A stretch of DNA of 64,000 nt from the human T2T-CHM13v2.0 reference genome, Homo sapiens. Positions 39,776 to 51,451 of the stretch are shown here, in pieces (within the stretch, counting starts at the first letter, position 1; the number at the start of each line of letters is the position of its first letter). The stretch lies in NCBI RefSeq assembly GCF_009914755.1, contig NC_060925.1. The stretch is one strand, 5' to 3'. A program made the position numbers and the translations under genes. The notes under the pieces were generated by a model, which was not told the origin of the DNA, ran no database searches, and worked only from the letters and a program-made list of their open reading frames with translations.

Positions 39776-41929
39776 CCCCTGTATCCTGGCACCCTCTGTA
39801 TAAACATGTTTCCCCATCTGTATATCTCTCTAGACAGTGAGTTCTGCAAAGTCAGGGACTGTGCTTTGTGTCTCTTGATCTTTAATGAGCAGCACAATGC
39901 CTGGCAGAGAGTAGGTTCCCAATAAATATTTGCCCTTGAGCTTAAAGATATTAAAGCAAGGTTAGGGATCCTAGCTGAGCACATAGGAAAAAAGGAGAGA
40001 ACAATTCAAGTGACCATATGGCCTAATGCTAGATTGTGTGGCTCAGACCATAACTGCCAGAGGAGATTTAAGAGATGAGGAGTTGTGTCCAATTAAGCAC
40101 CTCCTCACTTCTCACCTCATGCTAACCGCACCTCATTCCTACAAGCAAGTCAGATCTGAGCTGGTACTGGAGGAGACAGATACTCCTGGAGTCCACATGG
40201 TTCTTTGAGGCATCACTTGTATGTCTTTGCTGAGGCTGCATCCTGAGTGGACAGCCCACAGATGTTTAGTGTCCAATGACTATGATGAAGCCCAGGAGGG
40301 CTTCTTTTAAGTTCATGGACAGGCCTGGTTTACAGAGCTGCCCAGGAAGTGAGGACGGGCTGACTCTAAGAAGGTCATCCTCAAGGATTGTGACTCAGAC
40401 CCAAGGTGGTGTTCCTGCCCTCCGGGGCATATTCAGGCACATAGAGTCACCAAATGTGAGACCTGTATAGAAGAACACACATTTTACAGATGAGGAAACT
40501 GTCCTAGAAGCCAAAAGGGGAATTAAGCTGCCTCTACCTAAAAAGCAAGTTAGTAGGAGAGCTTGGTCTAGAGCCATGGTTTCTGATTCCCTAAGCCAGT
40601 ACTCTTTCCACCTCCTCACTGCCTCACATCATCTATTTGACTAATGGCCTCAGGCTTGAATTTCTCCCCAGGGAATCCAGATCTTTACTCACCTCGAAAT
40701 TTAAAAGCTGGAAAGCAGGAAGAATGCATTTTTTAGCTATTCCAAGCATGCATTGTAAATCTTTGTCCCCTTTCCGAGGTGCCGAATGTAACCCCCTCTG
40801 CAGCTAACAGACATTTGGCATCTTTCCATGGTGATAACATTGGTTCTAGAAGGACAACTATCCACAGCCAGAGAGCAGATCATTGTGAGATGACCAATTT
40901 GCAAGAAAAGGGGGTTTTGGAGGCAGGGATAAGTACTGGGTGTTCATATGAGCCATAGGTATTTGTGAGAGGAATTGAGAAGAGCACATTTCTAGAATTA
41001 CTGACTGATTATTACCTGTGAACTATAGTGGGGAGTGGTGTGTGGGGAGAAAGAGGGGGCTGGGGGCAGGGAAAGAAATGGCACACTTTGCTTAGATGTC
41101 ATCTAAGGCCTTTTGAACATGGGTGTCTGAATTCCCCCCTCAAAAATTTGCAAAGGCTCCACATTGCCTACAGAATAAAATCCATAGGTTATATCTTGTA
41201 TTCATGGCTATTGATATTTTAGTCTCAAATTACTTTTCTGCTTCCTATTTCATTTTCACATTCCTTTTGCATTTGGATGCTTTCACCTACAAATAACAAA
41301 CCAAACTTGAACTAGCTTTAAAAGGAGAGGTTTTTATAATTATTGTTGTGACTCATGTAATTAATAGACAGAAAAGTGACAGGGACAATTTGAACTGAGG
41401 ACCCCAAACATTCTCAGGACTCTTCCTTCTCTCTTCTCCACTCCTCTCTGAACAATTCCTTTATTCTTTTCTCTGTCTGCAGAATGACTTCTCTTTATAT
41501 TACCTTGAGAAAAAGTATGGCTGCCAACAGCTTGTGAGTATTATATATTACATCTTCAGTTGTTGGTAAGTGATTAAAATTCCAAGGAATCAAAATTGAT
41601 TTGCCCCACTTGGGTCTCACATACTTCATTAGAACAAACTGAGCACAGTGGCCAAGGTCTCTTTGTAAAAGTATAGTGGCTGCCATGGTCATTCTAGGAA
41701 AGAAGTGCTGAACAACAGGCGTTGTCCAATAAGTGTCCAATATCTTTCTCCCAACTTGTTGTAACTTTCTCTAATATTTCATTTTTCTTCCATCTGCTGC
41801 TCACTAGATCATGACAGCCTCAGTGTCTTGTTCAGGATTTGCTTGGAAACTAGGTGAAGATGTGTATAATAGAGAGCGGGTCACAGAAGACAGGTTTCCA
41901 TGGCTGAGGAAATTGTTCATTATAGCAAT

Positions 41930-42220
41930 CATTTATTCATTCATTCAACAAGCATTTACTGAGCTCATACTCTTTGCCAAACACCATCCTAGGTATGCTA
42001 TGGAGAGAGAAATCCACACTCTTCTGCCTGCAAGAAGCTCACATCTTAGTGAAGAACATAGAGTGTGAAGAGACCTTTCTAACATGGCATGAAATGTGCC
42101 CTGATAGAGATACACTCAGAATGCAGGAAGACACAGGAAGGACATATGGAAGGGCTTCATGTGGGCAGTGACACAAATTGAATACTGAAAGCCAAGTAAG
42201 TTCTGAAAGCATCAGCAGTA
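41930..42220 (-). mobile_element. L2 3' fragment
   Basis: CATTTATTCATTCATTCAACAAGCATTTACTGAGC. Confidence 0.75.
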
Positions 42221-42249
42221 TGAGTGAGAAACAGTGACTGACTACAGAT

Positions 42250-42500
42250 AATAATCTTACAATTGCCAAGGGCTGAGCTCTTCTGATGTGCGTGGCACTG
42301 TGCTATGTGTATACACTCCTTTTCTCATTTAATCTTCACAACTACTCTTTGAGGCAGGCACTATCATTGCCATTTTAGAGATGGAGAAACTGAGACTTCG
42401 AGAAATGAAGTGACTTGCCCAAGTTCACAGCATGGTTTAAGTGTCAGTGCTGGGGTTGAAATCCAGACATGTCTGCAACCAAATCACATTCTCAAAGCAC
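42250..42500 (-). mobile_element. MIR SINE
   Basis: CCATTTTAGAGATGGAGAAACTGAGAC...AAGTGACTTGCCCAAG. Confidence 0.85.
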
Positions 42501-42648
42501 CTTCTAGGTTGCCAGTAGCCTATTATGTTTTCCATGAATGAGACTGAGAAAAAGAAACCTGACCTCAACTTCTCTAGGGCCCTTACAATACTAATTATTC
42601 AAGGCCTGGTCATGTTGAACATAAGTATACCAGATTGTTAGTCATACC

Positions 42649-43162
42649 TGTGCCAGTCCTGGACCTTTACTCTTATGTCCATCTTTATGTTTTCTTTGCT
42701 TGTTGCTGTATCTCAGAGGATCTGAGACCTGAGACTGTGCTTCCTCCCAGATCCCACATCAGCTGATTTCAGATGGGTTCAGCCAATGGGAGGCAAGAGA
42801 TCGGAGGAGGAGGAAAGAAAAAAAGCCAGCTCATTCTCCTCCTCCCTCTCTCCTGGAGCAGCATCTTTGGCAGTGATTGAACCTACTTAATAGCTCTGAC
42901 TCCCACCTGGCAGGCATGCCATAGTTCCAGCTCTGCCCAGGTGACTTAGCCCTTGGCTCTAGTAAGACCACCTCCACTCCCTAGTTTAGGAGTTGTAGTG
43001 GCTTCCTGGTGTTACTGATCTCTGAGTCACCTCATCATCCCCTCTTGCCTTCTCAGAGCCTCCATTAACTATGGAGTCAATTCCTTATATTAAATGTCCT
43101 CCAATTTATACACTTAGAATACATGTAAATTCTGTTTTCCAGTTTAGATCCTAACTGACATA
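42649..43162 (+). mobile_element. ERVL solo LTR (LTR33-like)
   Basis: GGGTTCAGCCAATGGGAGGCA; TAGTGGCTTCCTGGTGTTACTGATCTCTG; ATTAAATGTCCTC. Confidence 0.72.
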
Positions 43163-43310
43163 ACTTCCTTCCTCTTTATGCTGCAGCAGTGTCTGGAAAG
43201 AGTTCTCTTAATATTCATCATTCGCGAATAGTAACAGCTCCAGTCTGCAGCTCCCAAGGTGATCGACGCAGAAGATGGTGATTTCTGCATTTCCAACTGA
43301 GGTACCTGGT

Positions 43311-43643
43311 TCATCTCACTGGGACTGGTTGGACAGTGGGTGCAGCCCACGGAGGGCAAGCCGAAGCAGGGCGAGGCATCACCTCACCTGGGAAGTGCAA
43401 GGGGTCGGGAGATTTCCTTTTCCTAGCCAAGGGAAGCCATGACAAACTGCACCTGGAAAATCGGGACACTCCTGCCCAAATACTGTGCTTTTCCAACAGT
43501 CTTACCAAATGGCACACCAGGAGATTATATCCCGTGCCTGGCTTGGTGGGTCCCACGCCCAGGGAGCCTTGCTCACTGCTAGCGCAGTAGTCTGAGATCC
43601 ACCTGCGAGGCAGCAGCCTGGCCCAGGGAGGGGCATCCACCAT
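43311..43643 (-). CDS. L1 ORF0-homologous antisense open frame (110 aa; expression unproven)
   Basis: MVDAPPWARLLPRRWISDYCASSEQGSLGVGPTKPGTGYNLLV...GVSRFSRC aligns by eye to ORF0 (MAGAPPPASLPPCSLISDCCASNQRDSVGVGPSEPG...GVTRFSRC); ATG at 43643. Confidence 0.35.
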   Translation of the reverse strand: MVDAPPWARLLPRRWISDYCASSEQGSLGVGPTKPGTGYNLLVCHLVRLLEKHSIWAGVSRFSRCSLSWLPLARKRKSPDPLHFPGEVMPRPASACPPWAAPTVQPVPVR

Positions 43644-43945
43644 TGCTGAGGCTTGAGTAGGTAAACAAAGTGGCTGGGGAAGCTCCAACTGGGCGGAGCC
43701 CACTGCAGCTCTGCAAGGCCTGCTGCCTCTGTAGACCCCACCCCTGGGGGCAGGGCATAGCTGAACAAAAGGCAGCAGAAACTTCTACAGACTTAAACGT
43801 CCCTGTCTGACAGCTCTGAAGAGAGCAGTGGTTCTCCCAGCATGGTGTTTGAGCTCTGAGAATGGACAGACTGCCTCCTCAAGTAGGTCCCTGACCCCTG
43901 TGTAGCCTAACTGGGGGATACCTCCAAGTAGGGGCTGACTGACAC

Positions 43946-45036
43946 TGGCTAGCCATATGTAGAAAGCTGAAACTGGATCCCTTCCTTACACCTTATACAA
44001 AATTTAATTCAAGATGGATTAAAGACTTAAATATTAGACCTAAAACCATAAAAACCCTAGAAGAAAACATAGGCAATACCATTCAAGACATAGGCATGGG
44101 CAAAGACCTCATGACTAAAACACCAAAAGTAATGGCAACAAAAGCCAAAATAGACAAATGGAATCTAATGAAACTAAAGAGCTGCTGCATAGCAAAAGAA
44201 ACTACTATCAGAGTGAACAGGCAAGCTACAGAATGGGAGAAAATTTTTGCAATCTACCATCTGACAAAGGGCTAATATCCAGAATCTACAAGGAACTTAA
44301 ACAAATTTACAAGAAAAAAACAAAAAACCCCATCAAAAAATGGGCAAAGGATATGAACAGACACTTCTCAAAAGAAGACATCTGTGCAGCCAACAGACAC
44401 ATGAAAAAATGCTCATCATCACTGGTCATCAGAGAAATGCAAATCAAAACCACAATGAGATACCATCTCACACCAGTTAGAATGGCGATCATTAAAAAGT
44501 CAGGAAACAACAGGTGCTGGAGAGGATGTGGAGAAATAGGAATGCTTTTACAGTTTTGTTGGGAGTGTAAACTAGTTCAACCATTGTGGAAGACAATGTG
44601 GCAATTCCTCAAGGATCTAGAACTAGAAATACCATTTGACCCAGTGATCCCATTACTGGGTATATACCCAAAGGATTATAAATCATGCTATTGTAAAGAC
44701 ACATGTACACGTATGTTTATTGCCGCACTATTCACAATAGCAAAGACTTGGAACCAACCCAAATGTCCATCAATGATAGACTGGATTAAGAAAATGTGGC
44801 ACATATGTACCACGGAATACTATGCAGCCATAAAAAAGAATGAGTTCATGTCCTTTGTAGGGACATGGATGAAGCTGGAAACCATCATTCTGAGCAAACT
44901 ATCGCAAGGACAGAAAACCAAACACTGCATGTTCTCACTCATAGGTTCGAACAGAATAATGAGAACACTTGGGCACAGGGCGGGGAACATCACACATGCG
45001 TTCCTATTGTGGGGTGGGGGGCAGGGGGAGGGATAG
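43946..45036 (+). pseudogene. L1 ORF2p C-terminal remnant
   Basis: [12 protein letters not shown]...CWRGCGEIG...ILSKLSQ; upstream frameshift, knuckle His lost, normal stop lost. Confidence 0.9.
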
Positions 45037-45153
45037 CAGTAGGAGAAATACCTAACGTAAATGACGACTTAATGGGTGCAGCACATCAACATGGCACATG
45101 TATACCTATGTAACAAACCTGCATGTTGTGCACATGTACCTTAGAACTTAAAG

Positions 45154-45190
<37 letters not shown>

Positions 45191-45587
45191 TATTCATCAC
45201 TCTCCTTGCTCTTCTCACCATTTGGTATCAGGGTGAGTTTATCACTTCCCCTCAGGTTCTCCTGAAGAATTATAATTTGCTGCTGCCAAAATACTCAACA
45301 GTCTGCCTGTAAGTCTGTTCTCTTTTTAGTATTCTGAGTCTTATCTTCGTATCTAGGCAGATCACCAAGAACCTGTGTAGTTGTAAGCTTTAAATTAACT
45401 TAGACATCCACGGAAAGGCCTCCTTAAGAGGCATCATAACACCACTCTATTTTGAATAGCCTTTCTCATTCTCCACATTCCCATCAACCAATCAGTGGGA
45501 TACATTCGACATACTCTCTTTTATTGTCTGTTGAGTACAAGCCATGCACTCTACTAGATGTCTGAGATCTTAAGATAATAAGACTTA

Positions 45588-45864
<277 letters not shown>

Positions 45865-47289
45865 TTAGTTACTGCTCTCAGAAAGGTAACCATCAATTAA
45901 AAAAAAATTAAAAACAAGGAAAAAGAGTTACATTTCAAAATTTTCTTATGTCTCACTGGTGGTACAAACATGTACCCACCATGTTCCTCATTTTGCCTTG
46001 TTTTCCAGGGAGCTCAGAGGTAATCTTAATTGTCAATCACAGTAACCATATTAGCCTACAGAGTTAGTAAATTGTGCCTCTGCCTTCCTCCACAAATATC
46101 ATCTAATTGTATTATAATAGCCTCGCTGCATATGCTTCTTTAGTGGTAGACCTCCTCAAATGCCTAGAGATACAGTAGATGTTCAGTAAAGGATTACTGA
46201 GTTATTGTCCAAATCAGATAGTAATCCAAACCATAACCTAATGCAATTGCTAATCTATTCATAAAAATTATTTGTATGAATATCTTCGGGTCTCAGCTCT
46301 TCGAGTTTTTCTCATCATATTAGTTTTGAAAAAGCAGACCCTGTTTCCTGCCACCAATTAAGACATCCCAGTTGCTCTTGAGAAGACTAATCGTCTCACT
46401 TTTTATGTCCAACATGGCACTCAGCAATTGGACCCCCATCAGGCCATCCCCAGTTGAGCAAGCATAATTTAAATCACCTTCATCATGCTTGGAAAAGCAG
46501 CCATTTTCTGGCCTCTTAATATTCAATCTGGGGAAACAATTTCAACCCAAAGTGTTTTCTTTTTCTTACTGTGCCTTTCTGTTCCAAGACACCTGCCTCT
46601 TGGCTGATCATGTCTAAATGTTAAAATGAAGCAACTTAGAGTCCCTTGAAGAAAAGGGATGTGGTTAACTGCTGGGTGTGTTGCCTGTGCACGCTGGGGC
46701 CTCCTACAGAATTCAGCTGTTTCAACCTGAGTCTCATCAGAATATATCCCCCTACCTATATATGCACTGTGCAAAAAGAAACTACAGGAGCAGCTGGAAT
46801 AATTAGAAGATAAGGCAGGCATAGCCAATACCCGGCACAGATGCCACCATTCCACTGTGCTATGGACACCACCAACATGACTAACCAACTTGTTTTTCTT
46901 TCCTGCTGAGCCCTAATGTGGCCTGGAATCTTTCTCAACATAATACACCAGGCAGCAGTCGCCAATAGGTCAGACTTGGCATATGAGAGACAGTCAGATA
47001 TTGTCCTCTCCCTGCTTGTAGCTCTCAGGCTAGAGTCTCTGATTGGACAACTGAATCCTGGGGCCCAGGTGATAAACCCCAAGCCTAAAGGAGCTGATTC
47101 ACAGGAGACAGGAGAGAAGATTACAGACACTGCACTTCAACTAAGTCTCCTCTTTAAGGAGAATGGTTTACCCCATGGGGGCTGTGTGCTCTTTGACTTT
47201 TATCATTTTTTAAAATCAGAGCTAGTATTTCTTTGTAATTATTTTTTCTGTTCTGATTTTACCTTTCTCTTAGACTTTAGACCTAACCA

Positions 47290-47680
47290 CTTACTACTGC
47301 ATAACCTTGAATGAACCTCCTTACCTCTCTAAACCAGGGGTTCCTCATCTTTAAGAATATGCAATTTTCCATAGGCTTATTGAAATTATAAAACAATATA
47401 ATTTATGCAAATTGATATAGTACAGAAATTAGCAGCATAAACTTTGGAGCCAGAAGCATATTAAGTATATTAAGCTTTGATCTGCCCATTTCTATTTATA
47501 AGACTTGAGGAAATTTCTTAACTTCTTAGGGCCTCAGTTTTCTCATTAAGAAAAAAATAATAACAATATTATTACCAACTTCATGGGACCATTCTAAAGA
47601 TTAAATCAGTGCTGTATGTAAAGGACTTAACATAAGCACATGAAAAATACTCTATAAATATTTGTTGCTGTGATTCTTTT
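47290..47680 (+). mobile_element. Two MIR fragments
   Basis: CCACTTACTACTGCATAACCTTG; GCCTCAGTTTTCTCATT. Confidence 0.7.
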
Positions 47681-49369
47681 GAGACCTGGCTTGTAGCAAG
47701 CACATACCAAATTTTAGTTTCCTTTGTTTAATTCCATTTAAAAATAATCTTATCTCACCTTTTACCTTTTAGGATTAAAGTGAGAGGTGAAGCTTTATTG
47801 ATCCAAGTGGAAGTAAAAACCTGGCTGTGAGAGAAGAGATGGTATCACCCTCTGAGGCTCCCATGGTTGCAGCAGACTTCAGATATGGACTCTGCCACTC
47901 GGCCACCCCACCCTGCTCCACCCCTCCCTCTGGAGGTGGCAGGCCTATTTGGCTAAGGAAATCTACTCCTTCACGTGTCTCCAGGGGACAATGTATTCAG
48001 CTTCGTAATTACGTGCTTCTCCCCAATCACGTAGCATTATACACCACATCACCACACTGCTGAAAAAAGCCCCAAATGCTAATTAGTCCTCAAATTATCA
48101 TTGATTTGATTTGATGTTGAACAAGCTTTGCCATTTATATTTAGGCAAGAACTTCAGATTCAAGATGCTCTCTTTCAGATTGCGATTTTTAAATAACTCA
48201 GTGGGGCCTGTCTTGCTTGTTCAGTGTGTTTATGTCAAGAAATCAGACTGGCTGCTCTCCCTGGCTGCAGATGAATGCCAGGTTGATTGAGTGCAGGAGA
48301 GGAATTATCCTCTCGGCCAGAGCTCAAAGCCTGGGACCCCCTGAATGCAGAAACCCCCATCGTGCAGGAGGACTTGAGGAGGAGAAAGATGAAGGAAGGA
48401 GTGGAAGAAGACGGTCTGGAATTGCAAACAGATTCCACCTGAAGATGGAGAAACTGTGTTATTGAGTCACATTCAGCAAATGCTTCTTAGTCCTTTCTGA
48501 GAGCCAGGCTCTTTCACAGGCATCATCTCCTTTAATTCTGACAGCAACCCAGTGATAACACAGCATTGTTAGTTGTGGAAACCAAGGCCCAGAAACTTGA
48601 GGTAATGTCACTGTTCACAGCAGTGAGGGAGAGAAGCTGAAGTTTATATACAGGTCCTCTGACCAGGTCCCCTGAAAGGTGATTTCATGCCTTCTCCTTG
48701 GTCACTTATTGTCTTCTGGGTCCGCACTTCCCTGCAGCCCACCTTCCAAACCCCTCAGCCCCTATCCCCATCCCAGACACTCTGCCAGATCCCTGGCAAG
48801 TAAGACAATTACAAAAATCCCTCTTGGCTTTGATTTTTAAAGTACTAAATTATGTGTGTGTGTTTTAAAATTTTCCCCATGTGAACCATGCTTTAAAGGG
48901 ACCATATCACTTTTTAAAGAGAGGGAATAATCTGAAAACCATAAGTATTGAGAATCCCAGAACATAAAATTTTCCCATTACTAACTAGTGCCTATTATTC
49001 CTGTCATTTGATTAAAATTTTCCACAATTCCTATGGATAACCTTTTTGAATACATCCTTAATAATCAGTGCTAGGGCAAAATTTCACCAAAGTCTGTATT
49101 TATCCTGTTAATTTCCACGTTGAACTTTGTTTGATAAATCAATGTGTACTTTATTGAATTTGACTTTTCTTCCCATGATAATAAATAGAATATGGGGGAA
49201 AAAGAAGAAAGGGAGGGAGGAAGGAAGGAAGGAAGAGGAGAAGGAAGAGGAGGAGGCAGGCAATACCAAAGTTCTCAGGCTGTAATGTTATAGAACTGTC
49301 AGGCCCAGCCCAAACCCACTCCTGATTAATGATCCCATTCCTACTCTTTCCCAGCAGTGTCAGTGACAA

Positions 49370-49805
49370 GCAGTGTGGAGCAATGGTTAAGGACAAGGAC
49401 ACCAAAGCCAAATTCTGGAGGTTTAAACCCTGACTCCACTGCTTGCTAGCTGAATGACCTTGGGCAAATTTCTTGATTTCTTTGTGCTTGTTGCTTCTCC
49501 CCCTATTTGTAATTAGCTATGGGGATGCGAATAGTACTGCTTCACAGGGTAAGCAGAGAGGCTTCTCAGGGAAGTGACATTTAAGTTAGGCCTTGAGAAA
49601 TGAGCAAGAGTTGGCCTGGTTAAAAAGAAGGCAGGATTGGGAGGCTGAGGCAAGCAGATCACGAGGTCAGGAGTTCGAGACCAGCCTGGCCAACATAGTG
49701 AAACCCTGTCTCTACTAAAAATACAAAAATTAGCCGGGCATGGTCACAGATGAAGAAGAAATAAGCACTATCATATTAGTAAGCAGTCCACATTTGTTAG
49801 CTCTC
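49370..49805 (+). mobile_element. MIR interrupted by an inverted L2-Alu copy
   Basis: AATGGTTAAG...CTAGCTGAATGACCTTGGGCAAAT; 3' remnant TAGTAAGCA...TTGTTAGCT after 49745. Confidence 0.7.
49555..49744 (+). repeat. Inverted copy of 50678-50868 (L2 + Alu left-arm junction)
   Basis: About 15 differences in 190 bp by manual alignment, with the same L2/Alu junction AAGGCAGGA|TTGGGAGG. Confidence 0.93.
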
Positions 49806-49807
49806 AT

Positions 49808-50172
49808 AGTCATGGAGATAAACCACCCAGATCCCCCTTCAAGGAAAGATTGACATCTCCAGCTGTCAGTTCCTTAGGGTCCCTCCACCTGAGGTCACAG
49901 CATTCCATAGGCCTGTCCCCTGGCTGAGTGAGGCAGAGGTGTAAAGATTCAGGTATTTGGGCCTAACGCAGTTCAGCCCTGATGGTCAATGCTTACTCCC
50001 GAGCACCCGCTATTTTGGCCAAGGATTTGTCAGGCCTGCATTGCAGCCCAACTTCTCCTTCTGCCCAACCCTGCTTCCTCTCCCTTCCCTTCACATGTGT
50101 GGATCCCTAAGAAACATCTTGCACCCTGCAATTCATCCCAACGTGATCTGCTTCTGGAGAACCTAACCTGCC
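49808..50172 (+). mobile_element. ERVL solo LTR (LTR16A-like)
   Basis: CAGATCCCCCTTCAAGGAA; TCTGCCCAACCCTGCTTCC; TCTGCTTCTGGAGAACCTAACCTG. Confidence 0.75.
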
Positions 50173-50406
50173 ATCGCAGCTCCTATTTTTATGAAAGCCT
50201 ATCAATTTCGCTTTCTAAGTAGCTCTCAAAGCAGCCCTGCTTCTCCAACCCTACTCCCGTTTTCATAGTTCAGGTCCTCACCATTATATGCCTGGGCTCT
50301 AAGCCTCCGCACTGTCCCCTTCCTTTCCCATGAATCCTCTCCAGCAGCATCGGCTTGACTCTGCTTGATCTGCATGGCTGCACTGCAGGCGATGTCAGCT
50401 TCTTAA

Positions 50407-50785
<379 letters not shown>

Positions 50786-51451
50786 TCCTGCCTTCTTTTT
50801 AACCAGGCCAACTCTTGCTTATTTCTCAAGGCCTAACTTAAATGTCGCTTCCTCTGAGAAGCCTCCCTACCCAGGCAGAAATAACCACTCCTCCTTTGTG
50901 TAAGCTCTTGTCATTGAATTTAATAAGTAGTGTTGTATGTGCTTGGTTGTTCATGCTATTGTTTCTTCTATTAATCAGTGACCAACTCCAGCTTCTACAT
51001 ACATCTATTTTTAGAAATATATTCTTTGTGTATTTTTCTTACTACAAAAGTAATAGAGGATAAGTGCAGAAAATGTAGATAAGCAAAGGAATAAAATGAA
51101 AGTTGCCTATATATCTCAACACTACTAATAACCACTACATGAATTTTTCTGTGTATTCTTCCAGGCTTTTTTCTATACATACATATCTGTCTTGATATAT
51201 GCATTCTGATTTTTAACCTGATTTCTTAAAATTAATTAAAATTCCAACAGATTTTATTATTTGAATAGTTCATTTACAACATCATTTCCAGGGCAGATAG
51301 TTCAGATTTTATTGTGTAAATAGTTCCTTTACAATATCATTTTTAGAGCAGATAGTTTTTAATTTTATAAATGTACCATAACTTATGTAATCTCACTTGT
51401 GTTATAGTCATATTTTTATCCAATACCTAACCTAATATCTGAGACATAATG

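Larger units (their letters stand above)
43224..45188 (+). mobile_element. L1PA6/7-like element: 5'UTR (43224-43945) fused to ORF2 3' end, 3'UTR and (TAA)n tail
   Basis: 5'UTR CGAATAGTAACAGCTCCAGTCTGCAGCTCCC; junction GACTGACAC|TGGCTAGCCATATG; TSD AATATTCATCA[T/C]TC at 43210-43223 and 45189-45202. Confidence 0.95.

Noticed and set aside
43940-43950. Spliced-L1 explanation for the 5'UTR-ORF2 fusion
   Set aside because: The deleted consensus sequence does not begin with GT or end with AG at this junction.
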